A stretch of 64,000 bases of DNA, taken from IMG/VR virus record IMGVR_UViG_3300045596_000094, positions 96,001 to 160,000 of that record. The stretch is one strand, 5' to 3'. The notes under the pieces were generated by a model. It made no database searches. It worked only from the letters and a program-made list of their open reading frames with translations, and was not told the origin of the DNA. Shown here piece after piece: positions 18,629 through 28,077 of this stretch. Numbering within the stretch: position 1 is the first letter of the stretch; each line of letters opens with the position of its first letter. A program made the translations under genes and the position numbers. This stretch comes from a virus. Its lineage: Duplodnaviria > Caudoviricetes.

Positions 18629-20076
18629 CAGATACTCCGTGTAGCGTTACGAATTAACATGAGTAGGAAAGGACCTAAGTAGAACTGCTCAAGTCGACCC
18701 CATTTAGTAAAGTCTTGACAAAATGGATAAACGTCTTGGTAGTTAGTTTGATTTCCTTTGAGTATATCCCAAATCAAACGCTCAAATTTAGAACAGGCTT
18801 TTAAATCCTGATCATAGAAGGCCTTGGAAAGGACGTAGTACGGGGCACCAATTGTTGGGATGTCCATACCGGGTTGCCCAATCTCATTGTAATCGGGATC
18901 GTTATCTACCCCATCTGGTTTGGTTGGATCAATAGAACCTTTACCTTCAATATCGCAAGGAATGGAAGGATCAGCATAACAGATACGTGTCGAGAAACCA
19001 GAAAGTTTACCGTTGGTAAATGTCAGCCCAGGACCATCTAATCCTTGGAGATCTTTAAACGCTGCATCGTAATTATCAGCATCTAAATTCGCAGTAGATG
19101 GAATGATTCCATATTCGATACTAGACCAACGGATCGAGTGTTGTAAAGGTGCGGGTTTTAGAGCAATGTAATTGCATGTCTGATATTTCTTAAAACAGCG
19201 ATAAACTAAATGCGATGCTCTTTTCATTACAGCAGAATAGATATCGTCATATTTAGAGAAACGCCAGTCATCAACATTATATTCAATAACTTCTTTCACC
19301 GTAGGGTGGATTGAAGAGTTCAATAACTTCAACATAATACGAACAACATACGGGTCGTATATCGGATTGGGTTGATTTGGAATCAACCAGGTGTTGTGCG
19401 TATAACTCATATTGGATGCCGACCATAGTCCGGCGATTTGAGTATAGTATTCTTCCAAAGAAATCGTTGCTTTATAATCGGCATCGATCAACAGTGGGTT
19501 CTGCCCTAGAATCAGCGAGTCGCGACGATACCAATAGTTTTCAACAACCTTGGCATCTAACTGATTAGCGATTTTCTCAGTTGCGGGTCTAGCTAGTCGA
19601 AAACTAATCTCATATGCCGTTGCTGCATTCAAGGATAACTTTCGAACGGTCTCCACGGTAAACTGACCAGCAGTACCTTCACCGATATCTGCGATAAAGA
19701 CATCGTGCTCTTCTGGGATAATTCCAGGGTTTGGTGGAATGAGCGCTGTGCCTGTTGCAGCCATTCTACCACGGTCTATGAGATCCTCTACAGACAATGC
19801 TCCTTGGAGCTTGAGAATCATTCTGTTGATTTTGTTGTAAGACTGATAGCTAATATGTTTATCAGGATCAAATGCATTAGATTCATCTTCTGCACCATGA
19901 TTCTGCATATAGTAATCCACGTACCAGTTGGAACCCCCCATCCAAGCCGCAGGTGCCTCGATTGGGGTTTTCTTGGAATCAACAATTGCATGCTTATAGC
20001 TTGGGGATGTAATTTCTGTTTTCTTAACTGCCGGTGCAGGTTCTGGAATTGAGAAATCAAATAATGAATCAGACAT
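18628..20076 (-). CDS. Virion structural (neck) protein (phiKZ gp99-like)
   Basis: GSNWYVDYY, DVFIADIGEG, YVLSKAFY and LEQFYLGP motifs; synteny. Confidence 0.7.
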   Translation of the reverse strand: MSDSLFDFSIPEPAPAVKKTEITSPSYKHAIVDSKKTPIEAPAAWMGGSNWYVDYYMQNHGAEDESNAFDPDKHISYQSYNKINRMILKLQGALSVEDLIDRGRMAATGTALIPPNPGIIPEEHDVFIADIGEGTAGQFTVETVRKLSLNAATAYEISFRLARPATEKIANQLDAKVVENYWYRRDSLILGQNPLLIDADYKATISLEEYYTQIAGLWSASNMSYTHNTWLIPNQPNPIYDPYVVRIMLKLLNSSIHPTVKEVIEYNVDDWRFSKYDDIYSAVMKRASHLVYRCFKKYQTCNYIALKPAPLQHSIRWSSIEYGIIPSTANLDADNYDAAFKDLQGLDGPGLTFTNGKLSGFSTRICYADPSIPCDIEGKGSIDPTKPDGVDNDPDYNEIGQPGMDIPTIGAPYYVLSKAFYDQDLKACSKFERLIWDILKGNQTNYQDVYPFCQDFTKWGRLEQFYLGPFLLMLIRNATRSI

Positions 20077-20119
20077 AGGGGATTCTCCTCTTTACATAGG
20101 ATCGTCCCCATGTTTCTGT

Positions 20120-21076
20120 TTAAAACTTATCTTTGACTAAAGCTGTAAGGTAGAATTTCATAAAGTCCATTCTTAAATCTGGATCACATTGATTTAAAGC
20201 AAATTGAGTAGAGAATTCATAAAGACCAAACTTACCGGTTTCCTGATTGACCCAAATATCGTAACTACCGCACTTCTGCATTGGTTCCAGACTCTCAATT
20301 AACACATTCACTTGTTCGCAGGAAATATTCAGGTCTTTTAAAGTTTCACTCAAAATAACACTATACTGTTCCTTGACCCGTGCAAGTGGCATGCCATTAG
20401 ATGTTTCAGTGACTTCTAAATTACGTTTAGCTGAAATCATATTCCCGTCAGCAGCACGTACCACACGCACTTCTGCAGTGGCATCGATGTATTCACAGAA
20501 ATGAAACCCTGCTGAGGAATACTTATCCAATTCCGCTTGATTAGAGGCTACTGAACTAATCCATTCAACACTGTTTAATTCTTCGGCTGATTTTGGAATC
20601 AAATCACCAGAAATAATTTTAACTCCTAATCCGTTGGCGCCCTGATTTGGGCGTAAAACAAATTTATCACCAAGTTGTTGCATCTGAGCAAATTGACGTT
20701 TAGATTGTTGTCGTCCAGAATTAGGAATCACGCAAACGTATTGTGGTACGTAAAAATCTGCAAGCGCTGGATTTGTTGTTGTTGCTTTTAATTTTGTTAG
20801 AAAACTTAATTGAGTGGGTTTTTCCCAAAGTTGCATGGGTATATGGTTTGGCAAAGGTACGATTGCATTATAGGCAGAAGGTGCCGGATGTAAATAAATG
20901 TCTTTTGAATCATTCAATAATTCAAATGAAGAATTATACAATCGGGGAGAGATTTGTTCTGCCGATACATGGTGTATGCTATATTCGCAGTCTTTAAATT
21001 CACCGACGAAACGTTTAGGAAGATATAGAAATTGATCGAATTGATTTGTGTCTACACCGATGTGAATGGATTTCAT
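20120..21076 (-). CDS. ATP-grasp fold ligase (RimK/YheCD-like)
   Basis: FVLRPNQGANGLGV, FCEYID, EVRVV, GSYDI and LYEFS motifs in ATP-grasp order. Confidence 0.75.
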   Translation of the reverse strand: MKSIHIGVDTNQFDQFLYLPKRFVGEFKDCEYSIHHVSAEQISPRLYNSSFELLNDSKDIYLHPAPSAYNAIVPLPNHIPMQLWEKPTQLSFLTKLKATTTNPALADFYVPQYVCVIPNSGRQQSKRQFAQMQQLGDKFVLRPNQGANGLGVKIISGDLIPKSAEELNSVEWISSVASNQAELDKYSSAGFHFCEYIDATAEVRVVRAADGNMISAKRNLEVTETSNGMPLARVKEQYSVILSETLKDLNISCEQVNVLIESLEPMQKCGSYDIWVNQETGKFGLYEFSTQFALNQCDPDLRMDFMKFYLTALVKDKF

Positions 21077-21132
21077 TTTTGGGGTTATCTCCTTAATTAC
21101 ACATTAAACACAGAACGATAAAAAATAAATCA

Positions 21133-21152
21133 AGAGAGCCCGAAGGCTCTCT
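21133..21152 (-). terminator. cUUCGg hairpin terminator
   Basis: Minus strand AGAGAGCC-TTCG-GGCTCTCT with T-rich tail. Confidence 0.85.
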
Positions 21153-21162
21153 CGACTAAGGA

Positions 21163-22404
21163 TTATTTTTTACCGGTATTGGTTTCTTTAGTTAAATCGC
21201 GGATAAACCCGTTGCTAATTGCAATGAGTATTCGTTGATAGTTGCGACTGAATAGATCAACACTTCGTGCATTTGTTTGAAGTTGGGAAACAATGTCCTG
21301 AACGCTTTGTAGACGACGCAATGCTACCGTTTGATGGGCTGGATCTAAATCAGAATCTTTTAGGGTATTCTTAATAAATACCTCAAGGACTGAAAGGCGT
21401 CGCTCCATATCTCTAAAAGTTGATTTATCGTGAAGCTTACCTAGTTTCGCAGACACACCATCGATACGACTGATGTTTTCTTCGCCGAACTGTCGCATTT
21501 GAGCTAGGGTGTATTCAAAAGTGAAGTTTACAGAGTTATTCCAACCAAGCTCTTTACCAAGATTTTCAACAACTATTTTTTCTTTACGAATTGCATTTTC
21601 ATTATTGGAATGTCTTGCCGCGATATCAAAACCGATCATTGAAAAATTATTATGGGCCAACCCAAATAGTTTTCTGCGCTGATTCATCTTGTTGAGTTCA
21701 AATGTTGGAACTGGCTGATTTTTCTGCATATACGTAGTTACAGTATCGATGACACCAGTAACGGCTTTGATTTCATCCATAAACGCATCGACCAAAGTAT
21801 CGTAATATTTAGAAATATTTTGAGCGCTTGTTTGAAGATTACCGTAATTGTATCGATAACCTGGTCTTGGTAAATGTTTAGGTGTGTGGAAGACGATAAT
21901 AGTACTGCCTGGCCAAGTCACTGTATGAACTTCGTTTACATCAACGGTTTCAGCTTTCTTTTCGAATATCTCTTCTATAACCGCCTTGTTATGAGCGGCC
22001 GCTCGAGCCATATGCGTGTCCATAAGTTTAGACTGTAAGAGTGTTTCTTTAATCCACTTTACGACCGAGCTGATCCAGCGTAAAATAGCCTCCCCTATAG
22101 ATTTAAAGAACGAACCCACACCTTCTTGAGATATCACCTTTAAGTTTTCTGTACTCTCGGTCAAACCCATATTGGTTGATGGTAAATTCAACAGGCCGCT
22201 TAATTCATTCATCTTCGTCTGAATCTGACCAGCAATAATGGGGTCGTTGAATTGTGCCGGACTAAGCATTTCAAGACCCTCATGAAAACGAATAGCCTTA
22301 TCTAAGATATTAGCCACCTCCATTCCGTCTTGCGGAAGGTGTTCAACCGGACCGACATGATTCGGTATTTTCAACTCATGCTTAATGTTAATAGCGCTCA
22401 ACAT
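21163..22404 (-). CDS. Internal head protein (phiKZ-like head paralog family)
   Basis: Propeptide ending ISQE-GVGSFFKSIGEAILRWI, typical cleavage site plus amphipathic helix. Confidence 0.7.
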   Translation of the reverse strand: MLSAINIKHELKIPNHVGPVEHLPQDGMEVANILDKAIRFHEGLEMLSPAQFNDPIIAGQIQTKMNELSGLLNLPSTNMGLTESTENLKVISQEGVGSFFKSIGEAILRWISSVVKWIKETLLQSKLMDTHMARAAAHNKAVIEEIFEKKAETVDVNEVHTVTWPGSTIIVFHTPKHLPRPGYRYNYGNLQTSAQNISKYYDTLVDAFMDEIKAVTGVIDTVTTYMQKNQPVPTFELNKMNQRRKLFGLAHNNFSMIGFDIAARHSNNENAIRKEKIVVENLGKELGWNNSVNFTFEYTLAQMRQFGEENISRIDGVSAKLGKLHDKSTFRDMERRLSVLEVFIKNTLKDSDLDPAHQTVALRRLQSVQDIVSQLQTNARSVDLFSRNYQRILIAISNGFIRDLTKETNTGKK

Positions 22405-24001
22405 TTTTCAATGACTCCTCAAAGTGATGTGCAAATACTGAAAATCCACCCACGAGATACCACATCACTTTCCCGGGGTTGTGTTTAATTTCGTGATCTT
22501 TATCTAGATCGTCAATAATCTTGTCGATAGGAATATCTGGTTTGTCATCGCCATCTTCTGCGCCACCGTCCGTAAGTTCACATTGTTCAAGGAACTTCTC
22601 TAACGCGTACTTTGTCACTAGCTCCGGTGCAATTAAACTCAACCAATAAACAAAGATACAGGGGTGCTTCAATAAATCATCACGCCCTTCGTCGTTTAAT
22701 CGACTGATGTCCATCAACAATGATAACGTCATGTGATAATATTCACGAGGTTCTAAAGGAACTGAGCATTCCATCGTAAGATCTGGCAGTAACTTCAGAG
22801 TAGAAAGATCACGGTATTGGTCTTTCTCGTATAAACCTATTAAGAAGAGATTACTATATGGCTTGTTGGTTTTGCTACATGTATCACGAAGATACTTCTG
22901 TGCAATCGGATTAATCTGCCAATATCCTAAACCCTGTAGATCAACAACGCGGTTAGGCATTTCAGGTCTCTGTTTAATCAGAGGACGCGTAAGCGTTTCA
23001 TACCCTGGCGGTGCTTTACAATCCCCTAACCAATCATCGAAATACGGGATAGGAACCCCAGGTCTTCGACTCACGGCACTGGTCTTAATATTCGTAAACC
23101 TAAAGTGATCAAAAGCCAACTGAGAATAAGAACCAGTTTTAACAATATAATCTAATTCAAAAGGAATACGATTCGTTTTAATAAACTTAGGCGGTATTGC
23201 TTGGTTGTGGATGGTCAACGGCATTTTCATTGACATTGTCTCTGGACGATCATACCAGTAATGGTAATCGAACGTCAAAGAGAACAAAGTCGAATCATTC
23301 TCTTTTTCTTCTTTTGGTGGATTATCACCAAAATCGAAATAACCTTGAATCGGTAATTGGTTTTCTTTAATTACAAATAAAGAACCTTTCCCGCCTGGGT
23401 TAGTAATGACCGTATACGAATCAATGAAATGCTTTTTTAGGTAATCGCCTAATTCATCCCCGTAGCCTGCATTGGATTCCCGTAATTTGTGTGCTTCAAT
23501 TAAAGCGATCATGTAATACATCGGAATTGGGTAATGATAAGTCACTACGTGATTTAAATCGATTACCCCCTGAGCAGTCTTCCGCTTTAATACCGCTCTC
23601 CAACGCTCCACCTGTTTCTCTGTCCCAGTTAAAGTGATAGATAGGGTGGCGTGTTTACTCACCAGTGACGGCCAAATTAAGATTCCTAATTTAGGATCAT
23701 TAAAAACGGCTCTTTGTTCAGGACGCCATACACTGGTCGACAATAAAGTTTTATCATTGTCTTCTTCTTCAAATTCTACATAGGTCAAGGAATCGCCTTC
23801 ATAACGGTTATGGTCGTTAATATAGCGTTTATTAAAATAATCAGATCCTTCGTAGAAGAACTGATTCCCTCGACCCTTAAACATTAACTTAGAATCTTCA
23901 GGTAAACTCATCTGTGTCAATAAATCTCGCAAGACGTTTATCGCAATGGGTCTTTGAATTGATTCTACGATTTCCTCTAAAGGTAAACTGTATAAGGGCA
24001 T
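22388..24001 (-). CDS. Virion structural (neck/tail-completion) protein (phiKZ gp98-like)
   Basis: 537 aa; IQRPIA, YHYPIP, IQGYFDF and IPYFDDW motifs; synteny. Confidence 0.7.
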   Translation of the reverse strand: MPLYSLPLEEIVESIQRPIAINVLRDLLTQMSLPEDSKLMFKGRGNQFFYEGSDYFNKRYINDHNRYEGDSLTYVEFEEEDNDKTLLSTSVWRPEQRAVFNDPKLGILIWPSLVSKHATLSITLTGTEKQVERWRAVLKRKTAQGVIDLNHVVTYHYPIPMYYMIALIEAHKLRESNAGYGDELGDYLKKHFIDSYTVITNPGGKGSLFVIKENQLPIQGYFDFGDNPPKEEKENDSTLFSLTFDYHYWYDRPETMSMKMPLTIHNQAIPPKFIKTNRIPFELDYIVKTGSYSQLAFDHFRFTNIKTSAVSRRPGVPIPYFDDWLGDCKAPPGYETLTRPLIKQRPEMPNRVVDLQGLGYWQINPIAQKYLRDTCSKTNKPYSNLFLIGLYEKDQYRDLSTLKLLPDLTMECSVPLEPREYYHMTLSLLMDISRLNDEGRDDLLKHPCIFVYWLSLIAPELVTKYALEKFLEQCELTDGGAEDGDDKPDIPIDKIIDDLDKDHEIKHNPGKVMWYLVGGFSVFAHHFEESLKNVERY

Positions 24002-24073
24002 GACACCGATCCTTCTGTTTGAGTATCAATCACAAAATAGTCGAAGGAGAGGGGCAACCCTCTCCCAGACGAT

Positions 24074-24526
24074 TTATGTTTTATTGGTTTGTTGGATTTT
24101 TAGTAGGTCTAGATCAAAATGCATTTGGTCTAGAATGTGTTGAATGCTCTTATCGCGATCAAGATAATGTCGAATATATACCTCGGTTCGAGCATAGAAC
24201 TGATTTCTGAACTCTACATCAATTTCTTTGTTTTCATTCAAGGAAAGCAACCGACGAACCAGCATACAGTCAATGAGGTAATGATAATCAATCGAATCTT
24301 TCTTCCATCGATAGACCATTTCGAGCATGTAGGTTAAATACTGAGTTCTCTTTTCTGAAGGAACTGAATCTAGTAAAGAAGAGAACCCTAAAGGTTTCTT
24401 CTTGGCTTCAGCATTCTTTAACCAACCCAATTCCTGAGAAACAACGACGAGAAACCAGATAACCGCAGAACAAGAAACGATCATAGCCAATGTTTCCATT
24501 GCAATATAAAACGCATGGTATTCCAT
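24074..24526 (-). CDS. Membrane-anchored hypothetical protein
   Basis: 150 aa; N-terminal TM helix. Confidence 0.7.
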   Translation of the reverse strand: MEYHAFYIAMETLAMIVSCSAVIWFLVVVSQELGWLKNAEAKKKPLGFSSLLDSVPSEKRTQYLTYMLEMVYRWKKDSIDYHYLIDCMLVRRLLSLNENKEIDVEFRNQFYARTEVYIRHYLDRDKSIQHILDQMHFDLDLLKIQQTNKT

Positions 24527-24529
24527 AAA

Positions 24530-25045
24530 CTACCCTTTAACAAACTCTTTCTCGACCAACTGGTCGATATGGAGATTCACCCAACTCAAGAAACCGAAAG
24601 CTGTCCATTCACTGGTCTCTGGATCGTCATGTGCTTTACAACAGCAACAAAGGTAATAATCTACAATCTTTGCAAACATCTCATCGTCTAGATGAGTTTC
24701 ATTCTTACATTCAATCAATGCAGTTTTCACAAAAGAGGAGATGTCATCCCCTACGGCATTGTAAACCCAATCTTGCCCTTTTACTTCAACTAAGCGTTTC
24801 ATTACCCAATCGAAACAATCATCAGAATAGATCTCTATCTTCCTTCTAAAAGCCAACAGCATAACCCCAGAAACACCATACATCAAAGGGATTAACTTCT
24901 CCACCCCCACCTGATACATCTTGTTAGCCAAATCGCTTCCTAAACCTACCCCTCTCAAAGGTTTCAATACCTTCTCTATATAGTGTTTCCAGATACAGTA
25001 CAAAACCAACACAAATCCAGCAACCAACATAATCTTCAACAACAT
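24530..25045 (-). CDS. Membrane-anchored hypothetical protein
   Basis: 171 aa; N-terminal TM helix and a CCCC stretch. Confidence 0.7.
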   Translation of the reverse strand: MLLKIMLVAGFVLVLYCIWKHYIEKVLKPLRGVGLGSDLANKMYQVGVEKLIPLMYGVSGVMLLAFRRKIEIYSDDCFDWVMKRLVEVKGQDWVYNAVGDDISSFVKTALIECKNETHLDDEMFAKIVDYYLCCCCKAHDDPETSEWTAFGFLSWVNLHIDQLVEKEFVKG

Positions 25046-25600
25046 AATCCCATCCCCCTCTAGATTACCAGGACAATCTATACCCAGTCATTAAACATAG
25101 CATTCTTCTACTTAGATTATATTTTAATCAATCTAGAGCTTTACCCTAAAGGAAGCTCTAGTATCTAAGTACTCATCTCTCTAGAATCGCAACACCCTAC
25201 ATCAATCTAATTTCTCCACCCATCCCATACCGAGTGAGAATCTCTACCCTAGTAGAGAGATTCGATACTCTCTATCTCCTCACCGTAAGTTCACATACGT
25301 TCCTTACTCTAAGGAGTAGAGTATCTCATCAGTAGAATCTGAGTTAGAAATCTCCCCCAGACCCCCTCTAGTATATCTGTAGTATTAGTCTAGTATACTC
25401 TATCATTACTACTCTAATCTCTACTCTATTACTAATCTCTTTATATTAATAAAGAGGAGATTTCCTTCGGATCTCCTCTCCTTCTTCTTATCCCACATAT
25501 TTGCCCCCATGATCCCCCATCGCTGGAGGTGGATTAATTACATAGTAATAGTGTACTAATAAAAAATTACTTTATTGAAAAAATAAAAATAAATAAAAGT
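25046..25600. other. Non-coding, hairpin-dense, pyrimidine-skewed element (candidate origin or structured RNA)
   Basis: No ORF in the track; at least 7 inverted repeats, C5 tracts, TACTCT-type repeats, A-rich end. Confidence 0.6.
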
Positions 25601-25603
25601 TAG

Positions 25604-25631
25604 AGAGTAGAACCCCGAAGGATTCTACTCT
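25604..25631 (-). terminator. cUUCGg hairpin terminator
   Basis: Minus strand AGAGTAGAATCC-TTCG-GGGTTCTACTCT with a long U-rich tail. Confidence 0.85.
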
Positions 25632-25685
25632 AAGTGGATTAAGATTCTTTTAGTTCAGGTACGAAGTTAGTGGTATTTACTACCC

Positions 25686-26405
25686 TCAGCTTTCTACACC
25701 TAAAACATCTTTCTTCTGTTTGAAATGCATCCAGGAAATTTGCTCGTCATTAAAACCATGTTCAAGCAAAAAGTTTTTTGCTGCCTCTTCGTCCGTAAAG
25801 AATCGAATATCCCCATTTTCATCCAGAATGTACTCGTGCGGGTTTATAGTGATGCCATTTATATTGCGTGCGATACATACGTTCATTTGAGTTCCTTGTT
25901 GGTTTGTTGCGCGTTTGAAGATGGTCTTGACTTCAGTTGACACCGAGTTTGTATCTGTGACTGGATACGCGATTTCCATATCTAAATGGAGATGCAGATC
26001 CAGGATAACTTGACATTCATCTTGGGCTAACCCAGTAATAATGAGTGATCCCCAATTACTGCGGTCTAGATGTCCACGTAAGCTTTCAATAACTTTCTTA
26101 CGATAACGTACAGCGTTCTCGTAGAAATAAGAGTTATGTTCCTGTAGGTGATTAATAGGTTGAAATTCCAGATGTAAGAGAGAACACTGGATACCTTCTA
26201 GTTGCGTAAGTAAATTATCCTGCCAGTCACCGACTGTAGCTGTTGGAAGAACAACATGTAGAGGTGTTAGATTTGGATCGAAATCCAAATCTACTTCCTC
26301 AGCATATTGGCGGAATTCTTCCCAGAACCAAAAACGGAAACCGACGTTACCGCTTAGTTTATTTTGATCAGCCATACCAGTTGTAAGGGCGATAATTTTA
26401 GCCAT
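25686..26405 (-). CDS. Hypothetical protein, paralog of 26448-26933, fused to a 66 aa C-terminal module
   Basis: Shared PxATVG, HLxFQP, SNW, TGLxxDEC and FxRAT motifs. Confidence 0.8.
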   Translation of the reverse strand: MAKIIALTTGMADQNKLSGNVGFRFWFWEEFRQYAEEVDLDFDPNLTPLHVVLPTATVGDWQDNLLTQLEGIQCSLLHLEFQPINHLQEHNSYFYENAVRYRKKVIESLRGHLDRSNWGSLIITGLAQDECQVILDLHLHLDMEIAYPVTDTNSVSTEVKTIFKRATNQQGTQMNVCIARNINGITINPHEYILDENGDIRFFTDEEAAKNFLLEHGFNDEQISWMHFKQKKDVLGVES

Positions 26406-26447
26406 TTTGTTACTCCAGTTAAAAACGTTTTTAAGTTACGGTTGTGT

Positions 26448-26933
26448 TTAGCGAATAGTCGCGCGCTGAAAAGTCTTTCTGACTTTCCGATCGCCGTTAT
26501 TGTCTACAGTTAAATTGAATGCCACATCTACAATGTCACCACACTCATCCAAGTCTAATCCAGTGAGGACAATATTCTCCCAGTTGGATTTCGCAAGCAA
26601 CACGGGAAGCCATTTTAATATCGCGTTACGGTATATCACTTGAGCTTCGTAATGTGGGTTTGGGAGACCCAGGTAAGTTTTCGGACCAATCAATGGTTGG
26701 AATTGTAAATGCTGCAAACCTACTGGCATTTCTTTGAGGATCTTAATCTGTTTAATGGTTGACCACCCCACAGTCGCTGGTGGGACTATGGTGTGCCATT
26801 GACCACGAACATTTAGATCACTATTTTGAATAAGGTAATGCTTGACTTTATTACCAAAGGTTTTAAGAAAGAGATAGCCTGAATACTCTTCTACTGGGAT
26901 ATTTCCTGTCGCCAGAATAATGGATTTAGTCAT
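26448..26933 (-). CDS. Hypothetical protein, paralog of 25686-26405
   Basis: Same shared motifs. Confidence 0.8.
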   Translation of the reverse strand: MTKSIILATGNIPVEEYSGYLFLKTFGNKVKHYLIQNSDLNVRGQWHTIVPPATVGWSTIKQIKILKEMPVGLQHLQFQPLIGPKTYLGLPNPHYEAQVIYRNAILKWLPVLLAKSNWENIVLTGLDLDECGDIVDVAFNLTVDNNGDRKVRKTFQRATIR

Positions 26934-26952
26934 GATTTAGATTCCTGAAATG

Positions 26953-27405
26953 TTATTTGATTTCGCCGATTTTAAACCAGCGATTACGGGTGGTGATGAG
27001 TTTATTACTAAGTTCGTTTATTTCCACATCCGTAAGAAAACGCAGCCTGTCGGTAATCGCCTCACCAACAAAGATTACATGTTTAGGTTTAAATGTTTTC
27101 TTACGCACAATTGTTCCCAGTTCAGAAAGGGTTTCACTGATACCGTCAACTGCAGATAACGGTAGTTTATCTACCTTATCAAACTCTACAATAATAAACC
27201 CTTCGTAGTCGGCAACAGCTTTTAGAGTCTCGGAGAATTGACCCTTGTGTTTAGGGTTTATTCTCAAGTAGATGTAGTCGTCGGGTAATACATCTCGTTT
27301 AGCTTTCTCAATCAGCCGACTTAAAGGTCCGCGATAAATGCTTTCAAATTTCTCTGGGTTAAATCCGCGCAAATTTGGTAGGTAAACGACTGCTGGTTTT
27401 GACAT
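26953..27405 (-). CDS. Hypothetical protein
   Basis: 150 aa ORF within the early operon. Confidence 0.75.
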   Translation of the reverse strand: MSKPAVVYLPNLRGFNPEKFESIYRGPLSRLIEKAKRDVLPDDYIYLRINPKHKGQFSETLKAVADYEGFIIVEFDKVDKLPLSAVDGISETLSELGTIVRKKTFKPKHVIFVGEAITDRLRFLTDVEINELSNKLITTRNRWFKIGEIK

Positions 27406-27426
27406 GTGAAAGATCCCTGAATTTAA

Positions 27427-27969
27427 TTAATGGCTATAAGTAAAATAAACAACTTCTTCCGGAGAGATACCTTTTACTCCAGGAATAATAAAACCCACCC
27501 GAGCAGATTTCCAAAATAAACCTTTACGATATTTAACATCGCTGATAAACATTAAACCCTCAGGTAATCCGTTAGGTGTGCCGATAAAGGTTCGCTCTAC
27601 TTTAAAACTGCTCCCATCAATACCCTGAGTATATTGGAGAACGTAACGGGTATGATCAGACACGTACGCTGTCAGTCGTTCCCTGACGCTTCTCTGGGGA
27701 TAATCGGATAAGGTAGTCTGCATGTTGGCTTGAGGTTCGATCACAGCTTCAGCGTGTCTTCTATCCACGGTGAGAATAATACTGTTATCCGCTGTGGTTT
27801 GATACGTGATATTTGATTCACCTTCAACCTCAGGTGTGGCGTAACGGAAAGTAGTTCGATCAATTAATTCCGCTTTAGCAAAAGGAATAATCGACATATA
27901 GACAACGAAAAGAAATAGACAAGCTTTAATTAGTTTGTTCACAAGGAAATACCTGAAAGAATATAACAT
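27427..27969 (-). CDS. Exported protein with signal peptide (paralog of 28078-28614)
   Basis: Hydrophobic N-terminus ending AKA-E; C-terminal similarity to its neighbour. Confidence 0.75.
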   Translation of the reverse strand: MLYSFRYFLVNKLIKACLFLFVVYMSIIPFAKAELIDRTTFRYATPEVEGESNITYQTTADNSIILTVDRRHAEAVIEPQANMQTTLSDYPQRSVRERLTAYVSDHTRYVLQYTQGIDGSSFKVERTFIGTPNGLPEGLMFISDVKYRKGLFWKSARVGFIIPGVKGISPEEVVYFTYSH

Positions 27970-28077
27970 ACCCTACTCTAGATCGCACTGTGTGGCGATT
28001 ATAGGGTTATTTATGCGATTAATGATAAATGATAAGTAAACTATTTTAAATTGGCTTAGAAAGGAAATGAGAAGTGA

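Noticed and set aside
20077-21162. ATP-grasp RiPP (graspetide) cluster
   Set aside because: No adjacent precursor peptide with repeated cores, and no transporter or protease
25046-25600. CRISPR array or tRNA cluster in the non-coding gap
   Set aside because: No equal-length direct repeats with spacers; no cloverleaf with T-loop GTTCGA and CCA end seen
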